A DNA stretch of 64,000 nucleotides from Rhynchopus sp. YZ270_cl-10 (Eukaryota), in assembly GCA_964035575.1 (NCBI GenBank), contig OZ037840.1, forward strand, positions 1,674,001 through 1,738,000, given 5' to 3'. Below the pieces are notes generated by a model, which saw only the letters and a list, made by a program, of their open reading frames with translations, ran no database searches and was not told the origin of the DNA. The number at the start of each line of letters is the position of its first letter. The first letter of the stretch is position 1. Both the position numbers and the translations under genes were made by a program. Shown here one piece after another: positions 21,206 to 33,404 of this stretch.

Positions 21206-22525
21206 ATGTCGAAGGAGCAACACACAGACAGCACCTCGTGGCTTTCTGCAGACGAGGTCTTGGTGGAGGCTGCCAGGAACGGCGACACGAGTGCTGTGCG
21301 GGTGGGACTTGAGAAGCTCAGCCCAGACACAGACAGCAAAACGGTTGCCTTCGACGCTGTGCACGAGGCATGCAAAAGGAACCACGATGAATGCCTCACA
21401 CTGCTTCTTCCGTATGTTGAGACAACGCAGATAGGGTTCGGGATGCTGCTGAGTGGGTGCATCCACGCAGACCACACTGCGTGCACGGAGATCCTCTTGC
21501 AGCATTGGAAGTCAGTCTGCAACGTGGCGATGGTCCCACACGGGCAGGAGGATAATAGAAGACTCATTCAACGCGTATTAAGTAAAAGGGACCGTGCCTG
21601 TCCAGCCATGTGGGCGGACCCTGCAGTGTGTCAGGTGCTCATTGATGCAGGGGCAGACATCGAGACAAAGGACGACATGGGACGTTCGCCTCTGCACTGG
21701 TCTTGTTGTTCAGGAGCACTCGCAGTTGCGCAAATTTTGGTCAAAGCAGGTGCGGAAGTGTGTGTTACGTGCAACTACGGAAACACATGTCTTACCCTTG
21801 CGGCACATCATGGACACACCGAGACTGTGCGCTATCTTGTGGGCTTGCCGGAGGTGGACGTGAACCACGAGGATAATGACGGCTCCACTGCGGTGCACTC
21901 CGCAGATGTGGTGCGGGTGCTTATTGATGCAGGGGCAGATATTGATACAACGGACAACGACGGACGCTCGTCCCTCCTCGTGGCGAGCCAGCGTGGGCAT
22001 CTCCGGGTTGTGCAGGTGTTGCTCAGAGCAGGTGCGGACGTGTGTGTCACAGACGATGAAGGAGACACATGTCTTACCCTTGCGGCTAATTTTGGATGTA
22101 CCGAGACTGTGCGTACTCTTCTGTGCATGCCTGAGGTGGACGTGAATCAGTCAAATAACAGCGGATTCACTCCACTGCACCGCGCAGTGTTGGAGCAGCA
22201 CGCAGATGTGGTGCAGGTGCTCATTGATGCAGGGGCAGACATCGGTCAAACGGGCCCACACTATGCTTGTTTTGGTTCGAACCAAGAAATTGTGCAGATG
22301 TTGGTGGAAGCAGGTGCGGACGTGTGTGTGATAGCCGCGAGGAAAACATGTCTTATCATTGCCGCGTGTCGTGGGAACACCGAGATTGTACGTTATCTTC
22401 TGGGATTGAAGGAGGTGGATGTGAACCAGCGGGATTTGTTTGGCATGACTGCGTTGCACTATGCAAGGCAGAAACAACATGCAGGTGTGGTGCAGGTTCT
22501 CCTCGAACACGGTGCAGAAGAATGA
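21206..22525 (+). CDS. Ankyrin repeat protein
   Basis: 439 aa; GRSPLHWSC, GNTCLTLAA, GFTPLHRAV, GMTALHYA and repeated LIDAGADI. Confidence 0.92.
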   Translation: MSKEQHTDSTSWLSADEVLVEAARNGDTSAVRVGLEKLSPDTDSKTVAFDAVHEACKRNHDECLTLLLPYVETTQIGFGMLLSGCIHADHTACTEILLQHWKSVCNVAMVPHGQEDNRRLIQRVLSKRDRACPAMWADPAVCQVLIDAGADIETKDDMGRSPLHWSCCSGALAVAQILVKAGAEVCVTCNYGNTCLTLAAHHGHTETVRYLVGLPEVDVNHEDNDGSTAVHSADVVRVLIDAGADIDTTDNDGRSSLLVASQRGHLRVVQVLLRAGADVCVTDDEGDTCLTLAANFGCTETVRTLLCMPEVDVNQSNNSGFTPLHRAVLEQHADVVQVLIDAGADIGQTGPHYACFGSNQEIVQMLVEAGADVCVIAARKTCLIIAACRGNTEIVRYLLGLKEVDVNQRDLFGMTALHYARQKQHAGVVQVLLEHGAEE

Positions 22526-23231
22526 TAAACTAACTTGGTGCGGGGGTCGTGGCGGCTATTTGATGGTAGTTCTGTTCCTTTCTTTCGAACATGTGTCCGT
22601 AGGTAACCAGATTGTGAGAGCAACTAGCTACTCCACTAATCGGGTCGAGAAAAAACGTCGTGAATTCAGAGAGGGTTGTCGTTCGGTTCAAAACGCACGT
22701 TTTGAAGCGACCAGAGCCTTATTTGCACCTTCAAATGCGAGTATCCGTTTTGAAAAGGTGAGTTTTTGGTTGAGGTTGGCTGAGGGTGTGAAATGACCAC
22801 ACCGGTTGTAAGAAAATAGGGTTGATATTTTTTTGGATTGGAAAGAGCGGATGCCATTAGAGAAACCCTTGGTTCCACCACTTCCGGTTCTGTCCTTTTC
22901 TCGGTCGATATTACAGTTCTTCAAAAAAAAAATGGAAGACTGGGAAGAGCCAAGGCACATCCTTCCAACAGTCGTGCCCTACTGGGAGGCGGGAAACCCT
23001 CCCACCTCCTCAGGACGCCTTCTCCTCGAAAACGAGCTGTTTTCCTCTCCTTCAGTGTACAGAGCGTTTGCACCTACCCCCACCCATCAACAAACCTCCC
23101 CACAACCCCACAGTTCTTACACGGTGGCTGTGCTTTTTTTCTTTTTCCCTCAGGAATTTTCCCCAAAACGAATTGATCCTTGGGAACAACGTAGCAAAAC
23201 ACCTTCACCAAACACGCAGTAAAACTTCACT

Positions 23232-24263
23232 ATGCGACCCTGTGTCTCGGTTGTGACCATAATCGGGCTGCTGTCGGTGAACCTGTTTCTGTACTTACCT
23301 CGCTTCAGTACCCCGCATGCTGTGACGCAGACGGCGCAGCCGCCGCTAACACCTCCCACAACATCACCACCCCCACCACCACCCTCCTGTGAGTTGTGCC
23401 CCTGCTCGTTGCCAGAGATACCAAAGAAGAAAGGGGGTCTTGCGTTTTTGAATACATTCCCCGAGGGGGTGCTTACGCCGACCCGGCCGCCGGTGTATGT
23501 TGTGACGCGCGAGCCGGAGGGTGTGTTGTTTGCGCTGCTCCAGCATGAGCTTGCCTTGCTGTCGCACATCAGAGCCTTGACGGACGCAGGGGTGCTGCGT
23601 GGGCAGGTCTTGGATGTGGGTTGTGGCTGTGGCACCTTCAGTCTCTACACTGCACGTCTCGGGCACAGTGTTGCTGCGTTTGACAGTGTACCGCACCTCA
23701 CGGACGCTGTGCAGCAGAGTGCGGAGATCAACGATGTGTCCCTCTCTGTGCACAATGAGTTCATCTTTGACCAGACAACGAGCACAACACTGCGTGGTGT
23801 TGGGTACGCGAAGACGGCGAAGGGGTTGGATGAGTACGTGGAGGGGCCGATCGCGCTGCTGCGTGTTGCGACACATGCGCATGAGTTGTTCGTGTTGAAG
23901 AGCGCGGAGAAGGCCTTTGCGGATATGATGGTGCAGAGCGTGGTGCTTGAGCTGACCTCACATCAAGGCCAACGACAGAAGAGTGCAAGCAAAGTCGTCG
24001 CCAGCACAGCAGCAGCCGCCTACCGGTACCTTGTTGCAAAAGGCTTTGAGGCCTGGCTGCTGCGGTCGCCCTGCCTGCAGCACAGTGGCCTCACGACCAC
24101 AGCGGAGGACCTGCAGCTGGCGGACGACATCGATGTGCAGGCACACCGCCTCCCGCACAGCGAGGCCGAGCGACTCCTAGCGGACCTTGAGACGAACCCA
24201 CACATGCGTGGCATGACATGCCTCTTCTGGTTTAAACATGGTACACTGAAGAGAAGGGACTGA
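23232..24263 (+). CDS. Type II membrane SAM-dependent methyltransferase (FkbM-like)
   Basis: 343 aa; N-terminal signal anchor, Pro-rich stem, motif I VLDVGCGCGTFSL, FkbM-like segment IALLRVATHAHELFVLKSA. Confidence 0.72.
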   Translation: MRPCVSVVTIIGLLSVNLFLYLPRFSTPHAVTQTAQPPLTPPTTSPPPPPPSCELCPCSLPEIPKKKGGLAFLNTFPEGVLTPTRPPVYVVTREPEGVLFALLQHELALLSHIRALTDAGVLRGQVLDVGCGCGTFSLYTARLGHSVAAFDSVPHLTDAVQQSAEINDVSLSVHNEFIFDQTTSTTLRGVGYAKTAKGLDEYVEGPIALLRVATHAHELFVLKSAEKAFADMMVQSVVLELTSHQGQRQKSASKVVASTAAAAYRYLVAKGFEAWLLRSPCLQHSGLTTTAEDLQLADDIDVQAHRLPHSEAERLLADLETNPHMRGMTCLFWFKHGTLKRRD

Positions 24264-24995
24264 CGCTAACTTATCCCTGCCACACCACGTAGGCTGGGAT
24301 GCAAACAAAAAATGTACCACATACGGTGACGCATTTGCAACAATGCCATGGCAAGCCTGTCGAAGGATAAGACAACAGCTCCAAGCTGTGCAATATATGC
24401 GTCTATGCGGCTTGAGCCCGCCATATTTAGATGGAAAGCACGAAATGGATGGGGTTCCACCCCACGGTGAAGTCATTTTTTTTTGTACCAGGGTACGCTG
24501 TTCACAAGAGGGCTTTGTATTTCAAGGCAAATTTATTGTGGTGGAGAGAGCGAAGTGATCCCTAATCGGAGGAGCAAGGTGTTGCAGAGAGGATGGAATA
24601 GAGAGCCGAACCATGTGGCTTCCCGAGTGCATTACTGTACACGGGCGGATTTTCCAGCGGCGCAATTAAAAAAGAAAGTAACTAAAAAGTGAAATACCCC
24701 CATTATTTGTTTGTTCGTTTGTTGATAATATCCATCCAGGAGGTGGAGCACAAAAGGGGGGGGAAGGGGAAAACGGTAAGGCTCATGGCAACCAGTGTGT
24801 ACCAAGGTACACTGTCACGAGAGGGTTGTTGTATTTCAAGGAAGCTTTCTTTCGCTCTGTGGTACAACGTATGAGCCATCACTTTAACAGTGGAAGAATC
24901 AATACAAACGGACAAAATCTTGTGTTCTGATTCCCTTTCTCACCCGGACACAACCACAACACTGTTGCAGACAAAACAAAACCAAACAACACAAG

Positions 24996-26228
24996 ATGCG
25001 TGTCGCCTCGTCGCTGCTGCTGCTGCTTGCCGGGAGTGCGTCTGCCATTGACAACGGGATAGGTCTTCTGCCCCCTATGGGGTGGCGCTCGTGGAACTGC
25101 TACGAAGGGAATGTGAATCAGAAGCTGATGGTGGGTGCCATGGACGCTGTGACAAAGCGTACACGTACTGTTGACGGGAAGCTCACCAGCATTGCGGACC
25201 TGGGGTTCGTGAACATTGGTCTTGACGACAACTGGCAGGCGTGTGGCACTGGGCTGAACGGCTCCTTCCACGACGCTGACGGCATCCCGCTCATCAACAA
25301 GGAGAAGTTCCCTGACATGAAGGCGATGACGGACCACGGCCACAGCAAGAACCTGAAGGTGGGGTGGTACATGAACAACTGCATCTGCAGGGAGCAGAAC
25401 TTCACAGGTGCGAGCTACATCGAGAAGCACATGGAGCAGTCTGCGAAGGCAGTTGCGGAGTACGGCTTCGACGGTGTGAAACTGGACGGGTGTGGACAGT
25501 TCCGGAACCTGACACAGTGGGCACAGCTGCTGAACGCGACAGGACGCCCGATCATGATTGAGAACTGCCACTGGGGGCAGACCGTGCCTGGGCAGACGAC
25601 AGGAGACGCGCCCTGCAAGGGTGACTCTGGTGTGTCGGACTGTGCGTACAACTTCTTCCGCTCGTCTGGCGATATCTACCCCGACTGGGGCAGCATGTAC
25701 AAGAACCTGCAGACGACAACAAAGTTCCAGGGCAACCCTCCCCTCTCCCGCCCGGGCACATGGGCGTACCCCGACATGCTTGAGGTGGGGCGCCTTGCGA
25801 ACCACGCAGAAGACCGCTCCCACTTCTCTGCTTGGGTGATCACCTCGAGTCCGCTTGTTCTTGGCTTTGACGTGACGAACGACACGACTGTGGGCCGTGT
25901 GTGGGACATCATCAGCAACAAGGAGGTGCTGTCTGTGTCGCAGACGTGGGCAGGCCACCCCGGACGTCTTGTGAACGAGAAGCCTGCTGGGTTCCAGGTG
26001 TGGGGGAAGATGCTTGGTGACAAGGACCAGGCAGCACTGGCCATGAGCAACACTGCAACTGCTGCAACTGTGACGTTCACCTTCACCGACTTTGGGTTTG
26101 CGGCAACGGACACTGTGTCTGTGCGCGACCTGTACCAGCAGAAGGACCTTGTGAAGGTGGCAGGCCAGTTCACCACCGACTCCATCACAGAGCACGACAG
26201 CCGCATGTACCGCTTCACGCTTGCGTAG
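24996..26228 (+). CDS. Secreted GH27 alpha-galactosidase / alpha-N-acetylgalactosaminidase
   Basis: 410 aa; signal peptide, DNGIGLLPPMGWRSWN, LDDNW, VKLDGC (nucleophile), RSSGDI (acid/base), YPDMLEVG. Confidence 0.93.
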   Translation: MRVASSLLLLLAGSASAIDNGIGLLPPMGWRSWNCYEGNVNQKLMVGAMDAVTKRTRTVDGKLTSIADLGFVNIGLDDNWQACGTGLNGSFHDADGIPLINKEKFPDMKAMTDHGHSKNLKVGWYMNNCICREQNFTGASYIEKHMEQSAKAVAEYGFDGVKLDGCGQFRNLTQWAQLLNATGRPIMIENCHWGQTVPGQTTGDAPCKGDSGVSDCAYNFFRSSGDIYPDWGSMYKNLQTTTKFQGNPPLSRPGTWAYPDMLEVGRLANHAEDRSHFSAWVITSSPLVLGFDVTNDTTVGRVWDIISNKEVLSVSQTWAGHPGRLVNEKPAGFQVWGKMLGDKDQAALAMSNTATAATVTFTFTDFGFAATDTVSVRDLYQQKDLVKVAGQFTTDSITEHDSRMYRFTLA

Positions 26229-27397
26229 GTGTGGGTGGTGTGATGTGTGATGTGTGAAGTGGCATGTCCGTGGACGTATTGTATATTTGTAGGTGAGACT
26301 GAGCACGAGAGGCTTGACTCATCTCACTACGTTTTCTCTTTTCTTTTTAGCTCTTATTACGATTTTGTGTGTGTTATTGTGAAACTCTCGTCATTCACAA
26401 AGCGCAGTTTGTGCGACTGCGCTACTTTCAAAACACAGGGAGACTGTTTTGTAGTTTGTTTACTTTGGCTGCTTTGTTCTCGATAACAAAACTGGAAACA
26501 TTTTTCCAGGATCTTCCTTGAGATCGTACTGTCGGTCATAATTGTTTTTTGTTTGTGTTTTTTGCTACTTGGTTAACTGACGTGTTGGTTCGGTCTCGCC
26601 CCACACCGCTTGGTTACCTTGGGGTGTCTCTTTGTTTCGCTTTCTTAGATGTGTCGTGGCGGTGTGGTGCTCTTGTGTGTGCTGCATTTGTGGTCGCATG
26701 CCTCTCGCGCCACGTGTCCCTTTGTTATCTTATCACCTCTCTCGTTATCGTGTCTTCCAGTTCGTGTGGGATGGGTAGATGCCTGTATAAGTGTACGTGT
26801 GTGTTGGTTGTCACGTAACTGTAGTCTTTGTGCTAAGCTTGCTTCGTCTTTGATATGTGCGTTGTTCAAATGGAGCTCTTTGCAAAGATAACGTGACAGC
26901 CAACCACGAAGACACCACAGCTGTCTGCCCCCCTCCCACCACTCCCCACCATTCCCCTCAAATATAAATGCCATATTTTCATAGTTTCGTTCAGAGCTTT
27001 GCAAATGATGCAACACACACATGCTCTTTATTTCCTTCTCCTTTGATCTGCTCACCAATCAAACTTACTTCCTACCCTTGACACCCATCCTTGATCAGGG
27101 CAGGCGTCCACCTCAGGAGTAGCCTCAGTAGGCTGTTGCACCTATCCCCTGCACCAGAATGGCATGCAGGACTGCCCTACCAGCAGCTCCGGCAGACGGT
27201 GCCCACATGCCCTGGTATGACACCACCAGAACAAAGGTGAGTAGACAGTGATTCCTAAGGTTTTGGCATACCCCTGCTAGGTCCCCCAAATGTCATTTCT
27301 GTCTTTCTGTTGTTCATTGTTCCTTCATGAAAAGGTGTGCCTCACAAAAGCTATCACTCGACAAACAGGCAGTAACACATATTTACAGACAACACAG

Positions 27398-29167
27398 ATG
27401 GGGTGGCTCGAAGGTGTGCTGTCGCTGGATGGGACACTGGACAAGAAGCAGCGCAAGAAGCGGACACTGTTTCTGCTGTTAATGTTGTCAAGTACAGTGT
27501 TTCCCGGCATGGCCGCGCTCACCTACATGGGCATGGACCTGTCTGAGCGTTTCGTGTCGGTGTTATCTTTACTTGTGCAGTGCTTCATGAGCTTGTGTCT
27601 GGTTATATATATTCTGTGCAAAGGTCCGCTGACAGAGAGACTGGTGGTGTTTGCTTGTGGTGTGTTCTCGGTAGGGATGCTGGCGCTGGACCTGTCGGCA
27701 CGAAGCACCTCGGGTTCATCGTGGCCGATGCTTGTGCTCGTTGTGGACTTGCTGCTTGTGATGCAGGTGCAGGAGCGCTTCGCCTCACTTCTCGTACTGT
27801 GCACGTTGTGCTACCTTGTGATCATAGCGGCTGAGGAGGCCCTTAGGTTTGGACTCCTTGACTTACCTGGCCTGGTGCCGCAGGAGGGTGAACGGGGGAG
27901 GAGATATATTTTGGAAAGTAAGACCTCCTGCACATCCCCGCCGTGCAAAGTAAAGCTTGGAGAAAGTGTCCGATCATTTTTGCTTGCAGCATCCGTCTTC
28001 GTTATAGACTTCATCGCAACGAGAGGCTTTGCACGTGACGTTCTGAAGGAGCAGGCAACAATGGAGCGGACGATCAACGCTGTGCAGGAGATCGCCTTGC
28101 TGCTTGCGGGGTACGACGTGGAGCAGGTGGCGGAGCTGTTGGCAACACATGAACACGAGCTGCCTGAGGGGATGACGACAGCACTGCGGAGGTTGGAGCA
28201 GAACCTGCGTGTGTACAAGGCGTACCTCCCGAAGACGTGTCTGCCGTTTGAGGAGGATGAGGACAGCTGTCAGCAAAGTGATGCTATTTCGCTGTCAAGG
28301 GAAAGTAGCGACACTGCAAACAGCTCCAGTTTTGTGAAGCCAAATGATACGGTCTTGCGTGTGCTGGGTCTTGCCTCAGCAGAAGCAACACTGTTGACAG
28401 TGAACATCAAAGACACGTTGCGTATTGTGGTAGAGGACCACGCATGCTTCTCTGAGCTCTTCGCAGCAGTTCTTTCGCACGCACTGGATGCAACAGCAGC
28501 AAGGCACGGGATGGTGGACGTCTTCGTGGGGGACAGGATCCACTGCTCGTTCAACGTCTCACGGAGGTGTGCAAACCACGCCACCTCAGCACTGCATGCA
28601 GCAACAATGCTGTTTCGGACAAGCAGCAATGATTTGTCTGCACACTTCAACATCGGGATAGCGACTGGGAAGGTGCTGCGTGGTGACATGGGGTGTGAGG
28701 TGATGCGCCGCTTCAGCATGGTGGGTGCGCTTGTGCGTGACGTGCACCTCATGGAACGTGCAGGACGTGTGTTTGGCTGTGACGTGCTGTGCAACCGTAT
28801 CTGCTTCACTGAGACAGAATGCGAACACGACCTGCGTTTGGTTCCCTGCAGGGTGGAGGTGTCTGCTGATGGCGAAGGTGATATTGTTGCTGAGTTGCTT
28901 GTTCCCGAAGAGCCTTGCGCCACAGTGGCAAGCGATGAGTGGATGTACATGATCGGTGGTGACAAGCCGTGGGAGTCGTACAACATAGCAGTGCGCAGAT
29001 ACTTGAGGAACGAGGTGACTGCTTCTGCAGTGACGGATGCTGCACACGTGAGCAGCATGAAGGTTCCTGTGCGTGTGGTTCCTTCTGAGGCACCTGACAT
29101 CCTGCGGCACACGTTGACGAGGGAAACAATACCAGTTTCCATGCAAGCGACCTTTTCCCCACGGTGA
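27398..29167 (+). CDS. 6-TM pseudo-cyclase paralog 3
   Basis: Start MGWLEG at 27398; TM half nearly identical to the 18622 gene, C-terminal half of pseudo-cyclase type. Confidence 0.85.
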   Translation: MGWLEGVLSLDGTLDKKQRKKRTLFLLLMLSSTVFPGMAALTYMGMDLSERFVSVLSLLVQCFMSLCLVIYILCKGPLTERLVVFACGVFSVGMLALDLSARSTSGSSWPMLVLVVDLLLVMQVQERFASLLVLCTLCYLVIIAAEEALRFGLLDLPGLVPQEGERGRRYILESKTSCTSPPCKVKLGESVRSFLLAASVFVIDFIATRGFARDVLKEQATMERTINAVQEIALLLAGYDVEQVAELLATHEHELPEGMTTALRRLEQNLRVYKAYLPKTCLPFEEDEDSCQQSDAISLSRESSDTANSSSFVKPNDTVLRVLGLASAEATLLTVNIKDTLRIVVEDHACFSELFAAVLSHALDATAARHGMVDVFVGDRIHCSFNVSRRCANHATSALHAATMLFRTSSNDLSAHFNIGIATGKVLRGDMGCEVMRRFSMVGALVRDVHLMERAGRVFGCDVLCNRICFTETECEHDLRLVPCRVEVSADGEGDIVAELLVPEEPCATVASDEWMYMIGGDKPWESYNIAVRRYLRNEVTASAVTDAAHVSSMKVPVRVVPSEAPDILRHTLTRETIPVSMQATFSPR

Positions 29168-29851
29168 CATGGCATTTGACACACTGACTGCGTACATATT
29201 ACCCCACACACGTATTACGTCCATTATTTATTTCGGTGAACACTATTTAATTCCTCATTCTCCCCTGCCGAAACAGCGGACGTAATTAGTTGGCCACGTA
29301 CACACGCGTACGTATTACATTGACCCCTATTCAAGGCCGTGTTTGATGAAAGGTGGGTCACAGTCATATTGTACGCGGCCAGTATTTTGGGGATATTTTA
29401 CTTCTTTTTCTCTGCGTCAGTTTCCACTGTCGGGGAATAAACAGACGAACAACTTTGCTCCAAAAATACACAATAGTGGTGCAGCGGAGTTTGCGGTTTT
29501 AGATGGCCCAAGAATGGCCCACAAGGGGTTTAATTCAATGGGGTACCTTTTTTTAATTTGTTCAATTTTTCAAGTTTTCAACAAACCTGAAAACATATGG
29601 CCCAAGAATAGCCCAAAAGGGGTTTAATTGTCTGGTCCGTAGGGGGCCCCCTTTATTATCCAAATTATTTGTGGTTTACATGAACAACTTACCATGTGGG
29701 AGATTCCACATGCCATGTCTCGCACGACACAACTCTAACATCAGAGAACGTGCCCTCGCCATCTGCAGCATCATCACTAAAGTATGTTGTCTCTGCAAAG
29801 CTAGTGAGCACACCACGTTATATGCAGGTCACATTGTTTTACACATCACAG

Positions 29852-31606
29852 ATGGGGTGGCTCGAAGGTGTGCTGTCGCTGGATGGGACACTGAACGAGA
29901 AGCAGCGCAAGAAGCGGACACTGTTCCTGCTGCTTATGTCTGGCACTACGGCGTTCACCGGCATTGCCTTGTTCGGCTACATCGACATGGACATGTCTGA
30001 ACGTTTCGTGTCAATGTGGTCTTTACTTCTGCAATGCTTCATGGGCTTGTGTGTGACTGTATATATTCTGTGCAAGGGTCCGCTGACAGAGAGGTTGGTG
30101 ATGATGGTTTGTGGAGTGTTTGCGTTAACGATGCTGGCGGTGGACCTCTCTGCACGAAGCACTGCAAACACGGCGTGGCCAGTGCTTGTGCTCGTTGTGG
30201 ACTTCCTTCTTGTGATGCAGGTGCAGGAGCGCTTCGCCTCACTTCTCGTGCTGTGCACGTTGTGCTACCTTGTGATCATAGCGGCTGAGGAGGCCCTCAG
30301 GTTCGGACTCCTTGACTTACCTGGGCTGGCACCGCAGGAGGGTGAACGGGGCAGGAGACACCATTTCGAAAGCATGACCTCCTGCACATCCCCGCCATGC
30401 ACAATAGAGCTTGGCGCAAGTGTCCGATTTTTTGCGCTTGCAGCGTGCGTCTTCGTGATGGACTTCATCGCAACACGAGGCTTTGCACGTGACGTTCTGA
30501 AGGAGCAGGCATCAATGGAGCGGACGATCAGCACTGTGCAGGAGATCGCCTCGCTGCTTGCGGGGTACGACGTGGAGCAGGTGGCGGAGCTGTTGGCAAC
30601 ACATGAACACGAGCTGCCTGAGGGGATGACGACAGCACTGCGGAGGTTGGAGCAGAACCTGCGTGTGTACAAGGCGTACCTCCCGAAGACGTGTCTGCCG
30701 TTTGCGGAGGATGAGGACAGCTGTCAGCAAAGTGATAGTTTTTCATTGCCAAGGGAAAGTAGCGACACTTCAAACAGCTCCAGCTTTGTGAAGCCAAATG
30801 ATACGGTCTTGCGTGTGCTGGGTCTTGCCTCAGCAGAAGCAACACTGTTGACAGTGAACATCAAAGACACGTTGCGTATTGTGGTAGAGGACCACGCATG
30901 CTTCTCTGAGCTCTTCACAGCAGTTCTTTCGCACGCACTGGATGCAACAGCAGCAAGGCACGGGATGGTGGACGTCTTCGTGGGGGACAGGATCCACTGC
31001 TCGTTCAACGTCTCACGGAGGTGTGCAAACCACGCCACCTCAGCACTGCATGCAGCAACAATGCTGTTTCGGACAAGCAGCAATGACTTGACTGCACACT
31101 TCAACATCGGGATAGCGACTGGGAAGGTGCTGCGTGGTGACATGGGGTGTGAGGTGATGCGCCGCTTCAGCATGGTGGGTGCGCTTGTGCGTGACGTGCA
31201 CCTCATTGAACGTGCAGGACGTGTGTTTGGCTGTGACGTGCTGTGCAACCGCATCTGCTTCAGCGATGCTGAGTGCGAACACGACTTGCGTCTGATCCCC
31301 TGCAAGGTGGAAGTGGCGCAGGACTGCGAGGCTGCGGTTGTGGCTGAGCTTGTGCTGGCGAGCAGCAACACGATGGAATGTGGTGACAACGTTGACAAGG
31401 ACGAGTGGATGTACGTGATTGGCGGCGCAAAGCGTTGGGACCCTTACAACACAGTGGTGCGTGGGTACCTGAGAGGCACTGCGACTGCAGAGGAGGTGGC
31501 GGCACAGGCAGCGAAGGGTGACTACTCCAGCACCCCAGTGACTGTTGTGGCGGGTGCGAGACGTGTTTTGCACCTTCCTGTGTATGATGACGTGGCCAAG
31601 GTCTAG
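29852..31606 (+). CDS. 6-TM pseudo-cyclase paralog 4
   Basis: Start MGWLEG at 29852; same family motifs. Confidence 0.85.
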   Translation: MGWLEGVLSLDGTLNEKQRKKRTLFLLLMSGTTAFTGIALFGYIDMDMSERFVSMWSLLLQCFMGLCVTVYILCKGPLTERLVMMVCGVFALTMLAVDLSARSTANTAWPVLVLVVDFLLVMQVQERFASLLVLCTLCYLVIIAAEEALRFGLLDLPGLAPQEGERGRRHHFESMTSCTSPPCTIELGASVRFFALAACVFVMDFIATRGFARDVLKEQASMERTISTVQEIASLLAGYDVEQVAELLATHEHELPEGMTTALRRLEQNLRVYKAYLPKTCLPFAEDEDSCQQSDSFSLPRESSDTSNSSSFVKPNDTVLRVLGLASAEATLLTVNIKDTLRIVVEDHACFSELFTAVLSHALDATAARHGMVDVFVGDRIHCSFNVSRRCANHATSALHAATMLFRTSSNDLTAHFNIGIATGKVLRGDMGCEVMRRFSMVGALVRDVHLIERAGRVFGCDVLCNRICFSDAECEHDLRLIPCKVEVAQDCEAAVVAELVLASSNTMECGDNVDKDEWMYVIGGAKRWDPYNTVVRGYLRGTATAEEVAAQAAKGDYSSTPVTVVAGARRVLHLPVYDDVAKV

Positions 31607-32264
31607 TCACATGGTTTCCTGTCATTGATGACAAGGTTCAGGGTGAGGCAGCGGGAGTGGGGCACATCAGATGTCAACCACGAATGGATGTCGGACTGCA
31701 TGGTTGTGGTCACTAACCCGGTACACCGGTCACGTACCGTTAACAGGACTACGAAGAGGGCGAAGCGTTTCTCCTCCAGAAGAGCACCCCTCCACACGCG
31801 GACACTGTCTCGTGCGGGCGACGTGGCATGCACGAGAGCATGAGCTGCGACGGTGTTGTGGACTGCTGTGACGCGCACGACGAGACAGATTGCGACTACC
31901 CTACTGGCACAGCGACCGGCGCAGTACCGCCATGCGACGTCTTGCTGACGGACCAGGTACGCCACAGCAACACACTCTACACACCCTTTTCCCACCCTTT
32001 TCCCACCAGTTCCTACTGCTGCAAACACACCTGTCCCACATCGACGATCACATCGAAAGCCTCGAGCAGAAGAACGCCATGCTCAGAAGGCACGCCCTAT
32101 GGGACGACTACCGTACGCACATCAGCAGCGCACAGCAGGACTCGCCGCCCAACGTTGCGAATTGTAGGCCCTATGGTGGTCAGGTGGGCCCTTTTTGTTT
32201 CAGTGTGTTCATGCGTAGGGTCCGAGTTGGCCTAGTGAACCTGAATTACCCCTTGTTTCAGTGA
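31607..32264 (+). pseudogene. Probable 5'-truncated multi-exon gene fragment with an LDL-receptor-class-A-like motif and a coiled-coil-like segment
   Basis: SCGRRGMHESMSCDGVVDCCDAHDETDC; candidate GT-AG introns 31643-31746 (CACTAAC at 31711) and 31957-32009 keep the frame open. Confidence 0.45.
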
Positions 32265-32835
32265 GGCCATGCAGAATGGACCTGAATCACCCCTTGTTTT
32301 CAGTGCGGCCATGCAGAATGGACCTGAATCACCCCTTGTTTCAGTGTGTTCATGCGTAGGGTCCTTAGTTGGCCTAGTGAACCTGAATCACCCCTTTATT
32401 TCAGTGAACCACCCCGTGAGCGCGGATCACCCGTTGAATGGCCTTGCCTCTTGAAGGTTCTGGTCAGGTGGTGCTCAGGGTGTAAAACAGTTCTTGTTTA
32501 ATGTGTTCTACTCGTTTAACCTATGGTGGTCAAGTGGTGTTGCAGGGTGTAAAAACAGATTTTTGGGGCGAAGTGGAAGTGGAGTTCAAAGTGTTAAACG
32601 GATGTGTGTTCAGTGCGTACCTCGTGTGGTATTTCTTGGTACTGTTTCCCTGTGCTAGTCTCACTCACATGTGTGTTCCATGCGGAGGGTCCTTAGTTGG
32701 ACTAGTGGACATGAATCACTCCTTTTGTATCAGTGTGTTCTGTGTGGAGGTCTCTTAGTTGTCCTAGTGTACTTCAACCTCTCTTTTTGCTTCAGTGTGT
32801 TCCATGCGGAGGGTCCTTAGTTGGCCTAGTGGACA
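32196..32835. repeat. Degenerate local repeat cluster
   Basis: About five copies of TCAGTGTGTTC(C)ATGCG(T/G)AGGGTCCTTAGTTGGCCTAGTG plus repeated CCTGAATCACCCCTT. Confidence 0.75.
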
Positions 32836-33404
32836 GTTTTCTTGTACAGTGCAAACCCGTAAACGGGTTTGCGGGTTTAGCTGGCCTTAGTGGACCGAAC
32901 CAACCTTGTGTTTTCAATGCGCCAGTAGCGTGGCTTGTCTTGGTCTTGATTTATCTCTACTTTAGCAGCAAAAATCCTGCACTCCCTAGTCCCATCCTGG
33001 TCGCATACTGCGAGTTTTCCTGGAAGCGCAGGAAAAATGACTGGGGAGTGTTGGTGGCTCCGTGACGCCACAGAGCCGGCACACTCGTTGAGTGCCTCAC
33101 AAAACCTAAAAATTTATTCCGCTTTGATTTTATTTATTGTCTTCACGCTATATTGTTGTTGTTGGGTTGGGAAATAAAATCGTGTGCCGTTTTGATTGAC
33201 GTGGTTCCGGAAGCACACTAAGCACTATGTGTTGACTGGGTTGCACTTTTGCAGAAGTTTGACAGGGTATTCTCGCACGCACAATAGTTTCTTATGATTG
33301 CTAGTGTGCGTCCACATGGATAGGTTTTGTGCATCAACACAATGTCCTGCATGGGCTAGTCGCATACACAATTCTTCAGGAATTCGGCTTCTTACACATC
33401 TAAG

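Noticed and set aside
12273..26228. Galactose-metabolism cluster (GalE, GH27, methyltransferase)
   Set aside because: The genes are separated by unrelated genes, and co-orientation is uninformative when all genes share a strand.
32196..32835. CRISPR-like array
   Set aside because: Repeats are degenerate and irregularly spaced, spacers are not unique, there are no cas genes, and the context is eukaryotic.
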